From contig NC_058369.1 in the NCBI RefSeq assembly GCF_018350175.1, forward strand, positions 2,544,001 to 2,608,000: a stretch of DNA of 64,000 bases, in the 5' to 3' direction. This document shows, one piece after another, positions 60,646 to 64,000 of the stretch. Every line of letters starts with the position of its first letter. Position 1 is the first letter of the stretch. Below the pieces are notes generated by a model. The model had not been told where the DNA came from, ran no database searches, and saw only the letters and a program-made list of their open reading frames with translations. This DNA comes from Felis catus. Lineage: Eukaryota. The position numbers and the translations under genes are program-made.

Positions 60646-63600
60646 TAGGTGGGCCCGCGCTAGGGCAGCGGGCAGGTGCAGGTGTGAAGGGACAAGGTAG
60701 GGTTCAAGGACGGTCTGAGGGAGGAGGCAGTGTGTCCTGGGGGGTTTAGAGGTGAGAGGCGAGCTCTTGAGATGGCGGGAGACGAGATCCTGTCCCGGAA
60801 GGCCCGAGGGGCAGCAGAAGGCCTTGCTGGGAACAGGGGTGAGGACCGGAGAGTGACCGGTGGCAGAGAAACCACCTTATCCCTCTGGGGAAAGCGGAGA
60901 CAGGGCTCTGGTCGCCCGCTGTGGATCCTGGTTGGTCCACCCTCGGGCCTTCCGCAGAGGCCTGACAGGTCCCGCCTCTGTGCCGCGTGGGAGACTTGGG
61001 CTGGGTGGCCACCGTCTCTGGTCCGCTGGTCCCCTGTGTCCCCAGCTCCGGCCCTTCTAGCCGGGCGTCTGCTGGCTCTGGGGCCGGATGCCCCTCCTGG
61101 AGACAGCAGGGTTTGTGAGAGCGAGGAGACCCACGGCAGCTTCCTGGACAAAGTGGCGTGGCTGAGCTGAGCTCTGAGGGATGGCTGGACAGAGCCGAGT
61201 GTGGGGGCGTCCCGGAGGGTCAGCGGCCTGGGCAGAGATGCGGAGGCCAGATGTGCGGGCCGGCCTCTGGATGCCGGCAGGGCTGGTGGCCAAGGGCAGG
61301 GCCTGGCTGGCAGGGCCGTGGGCTCTGTCGCCCTGCTGCTTCCTGGCTGTGGGTCCAACCTGGGCCTCAGTTTCCCCTGTCTGTCACATGGAGGTTATGA
61401 GTCCTTAGCTCGGTTAGGCCACGGGGGACTCTCCAGGTCACGCATGTAGCTTGTGAACACTGGCCTGCCACGTGGCAGGTGTCAGCTGGGCATGTGTTCA
61501 TGTGGATGGAGTCCAGCGTGCCCGTAGGACCCAGCGGTCGCATGTCACATGCCCCCCCCCATGCCTCGCCCCCCCGCGCCCCCCCCCCCGGGGCTGAGCC
61601 TGGTGCTCACGTGGGCACGCACCTGGGGGCCGCCTGAGTGGGTCCGGTGGGTACGCTCAGGTTGCACGCCCAGCCACGGCAGACCCCCCCCCCCCCCCCG
61701 GGAGCACGCTCCGTGGCACGACCAGAAACAGAAGGAAGGCCGGGGGGCGGCCCGGCGTGGGGGTCTGGTGGGGGCAGACCGGGCGCCCGGCCACCCAGGT
61801 TCCACGCAGAGCCCTGCCCTTTTCAGGCCGTGACCTTGCACACATCGCCGTTCTGTGTGTTTCCTCTGCACGCGTCGGGGGGGGGGGGGGGTGGGGGGAC
61901 AACCACGCCGACCCCTGGCGGTCTCCGGGGGGGGGGGGCGGGAGAGGCGGGCAGTCTCCCAGTCTCGACCTGGGTTCCCCGACCTTGACCCCCTCCGCCC
62001 CCCTGCCCCGCCCCCACGGACAAGCCGCAAACCCACTGAGGCCGGGAGCGAAGCCGCCTTCGGGGTCGCGGAGGCAGAGGGGCGGACGAGGCGCCTGTGT
62101 GTCCCGGGGCCAGGGGCAGGGGTGGCCTTGGGGGCTGCTGAGCTCATCACCACGCGGGTCCAGGCCTCTCCCACCACACACCACCCACATCCATCCTGCA
62201 GCCTGGCCCTGCCCCCACCTCCTCCGCGCTGAGCTGATAAAATTTTGAAGCGAGTTTTCTGCCGGAGTCAGCACAATCTCCAGCCGGCCCCCTCCCCCGC
62301 TCGGCTCGGCAGGCAGGCAGGCCGGGCCTCCAGGCTTCCCCAGACACCCTCGTGTCCGGCGGCCATGCCTTTGCCGGCCAGCCCCGTCTGCCTCTTCGCT
62401 CGAGGGCTGGGGAAGGTCAAGGCTCCCGTCATCCCCCTTTCCTCGTCTTTAAAATGGGAAGCTCCGAAATAGTTGACCGGTAGGAACCCTGGGCCCGCAT
62501 GGTAAGTGCCCAGAGACGACCCCCCGCGGGGCGGGAAGAGGTGCCAGGCCCCCGGGGCCAGGGCTCCGCCGGCCACTCCTGTGACCCCCGCCACTATCCT
62601 CATCGCGGTTCCGATTGGCCAACTCTGCCCCTTTGCCCCTGATGCTCCCTCTGCCCGAAGGTCTTTCGCGTACGGAAAACTCCTGCGTATGCTTCAAAAC
62701 CCCAACTCCGAACTCCACTCTCTCTCTCTGCCGGGCATTTGCTTCTGAGCGCTTAGCGATTCTTTCCCGTTCTCTCAGCAGCCCTCCAAGGCAGGGATCA
62801 CTGTGGTTCTCGCGTCGAGGATGAGGAAACAGAGGCCCCCAAAAAGGGACCTGCCTGCCCAAGGTCACGTGGTCGAGAAAGGGCAGAGGTGGGATTTGGA
62901 TGTAGGCAGCTTCTTTGAAGACAGCCCGGCCCTTCCCCCTGGGTGGTGGGGGAGATAGAGGAAAGCTGCAGTGCGCAACTTGGGCATCCGGTCGGCGTGT
63001 TGGCACCCCCGGGCTGGGCCTGTGTTCTGGGCTCCCACCTCCAGGCCCCCCGTGCTCCTCCCGGACCCCAGCGAAATCTCTGTTCTTGGTCCCGCAGGTT
63101 GTCGGTCTGACGGCGGAGGCAGATGGCCGCCGGCCGCCCTCCTCCTTCCACTTTGGGGTCTCAGGGCTGGAAAGTGTTGTGGCCTGGGCCGCAGCACAGC
63201 AGCCCCTTCAACCGGGCCCGCGGGGAGCGTGCATGCCGGGGGGGGGGGATGGGGCACCTCGGAACAGACAGAAAGACCGAGAGACACACGCAGAGACAGT
63301 TGGAGGTCCAGACAGACAGACGGGCACAGAGGCCTGGCACTCTGTCCCCCTATCCTGGGACAGGCGCAGCCCCCCCCCCAGCTTCCGTGTCTCTCTTGGG
63401 GGGTCAGGTGGACTCACAGGGGTGCTCCCACCTTTATTATGGGGGACGAAGGGGTGGGGGTAAGCTCTGAGAAGGCCCTTTCACCACTGGGGCTCCCAGG
63501 CCGGTCAGAGCCTGGGGCACCTCCTGGGGTGAAATCTGGCTGCCCCAGTGTCCATCTGGGGCCACGGGGCCCTGACTCAGTGTGTGCCCTGGGGGCAGCT

Positions 63601-64000
63601 GGGGGGACCATGATGAGCGGGTGATGTGAGCTTCACCTGAGGACCCGGGGGGCTGCCCGCTGAATGGGTACACCGGGCAGGGGACCCGGAAGCTGGCAAT
63701 TCACGGTTCAGTGAATAAAAACAAAGCAGGGCAGGGTGTGGAGACGGGTGGGGAGGGGGGCACTGCAGGCCGAGGAGGGAGGGCGGCCCCAAAGAGGTGG
63801 CTTTTGAGATCGAGGCCTGAAGGAAGCAAGGGGGCCACAGAGGCATTTGTGGGAGTGCACCGGGCACGGGGGGCACAGCCAGTGCAAAGGCCCAGAGGCC
63901 AGCGTGGCCCGAAGCGTGAGGAGCGGAGCGCGGGAAGGCCTGGGAGGGGAGGAGACTGGCGGAGGCAGAGGCGGAGGCGAGGCCTTGCTGCGTGGCGGCT

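Overview
GC-rich mammalian genomic DNA, almost certainly from a felid given the many carnivore tRNA-derived CanSINEs of the SINEC_Fc type. The window holds the 5' part of NFIC (nuclear factor I/C, CTF) on the + strand. Its 532-nt exon 2 (59959-60490) encodes the NFI DNA-binding/dimerisation domain. Three separate CpG-island first exons can each splice in phase 0 onto it: the familiar [10 protein letters not shown] exon (50912-50941), an ATG-only exon (45125-45127), and a far-distal exon 45 kb upstream (14634-14729). The distal exon encodes a 32-aa peptide resembling the KWQLCYD...WWM N-terminus that I recall from an NFIA isoform. The first ~1.85 kb looks like the end of a long 3' UTR with a polyA signal, inferred by human synteny to be CELF5. 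The rest is intron/intergenic sequence with about 23 CanSINEs, a 5'-truncated L1 with TSDs, old L1M/L2/MIR/MLT/MER fossils, a ~940-bp (GGAT)n array, four co-oriented CTCF motifs and Z-DNA-prone tracts. There are no prokaryotic-type systems. Nearly all ORFs in the supplied track are GC-content or repeat artefacts. Repeat family names and subfamily calls come from remembered consensus sequences, not from a search.
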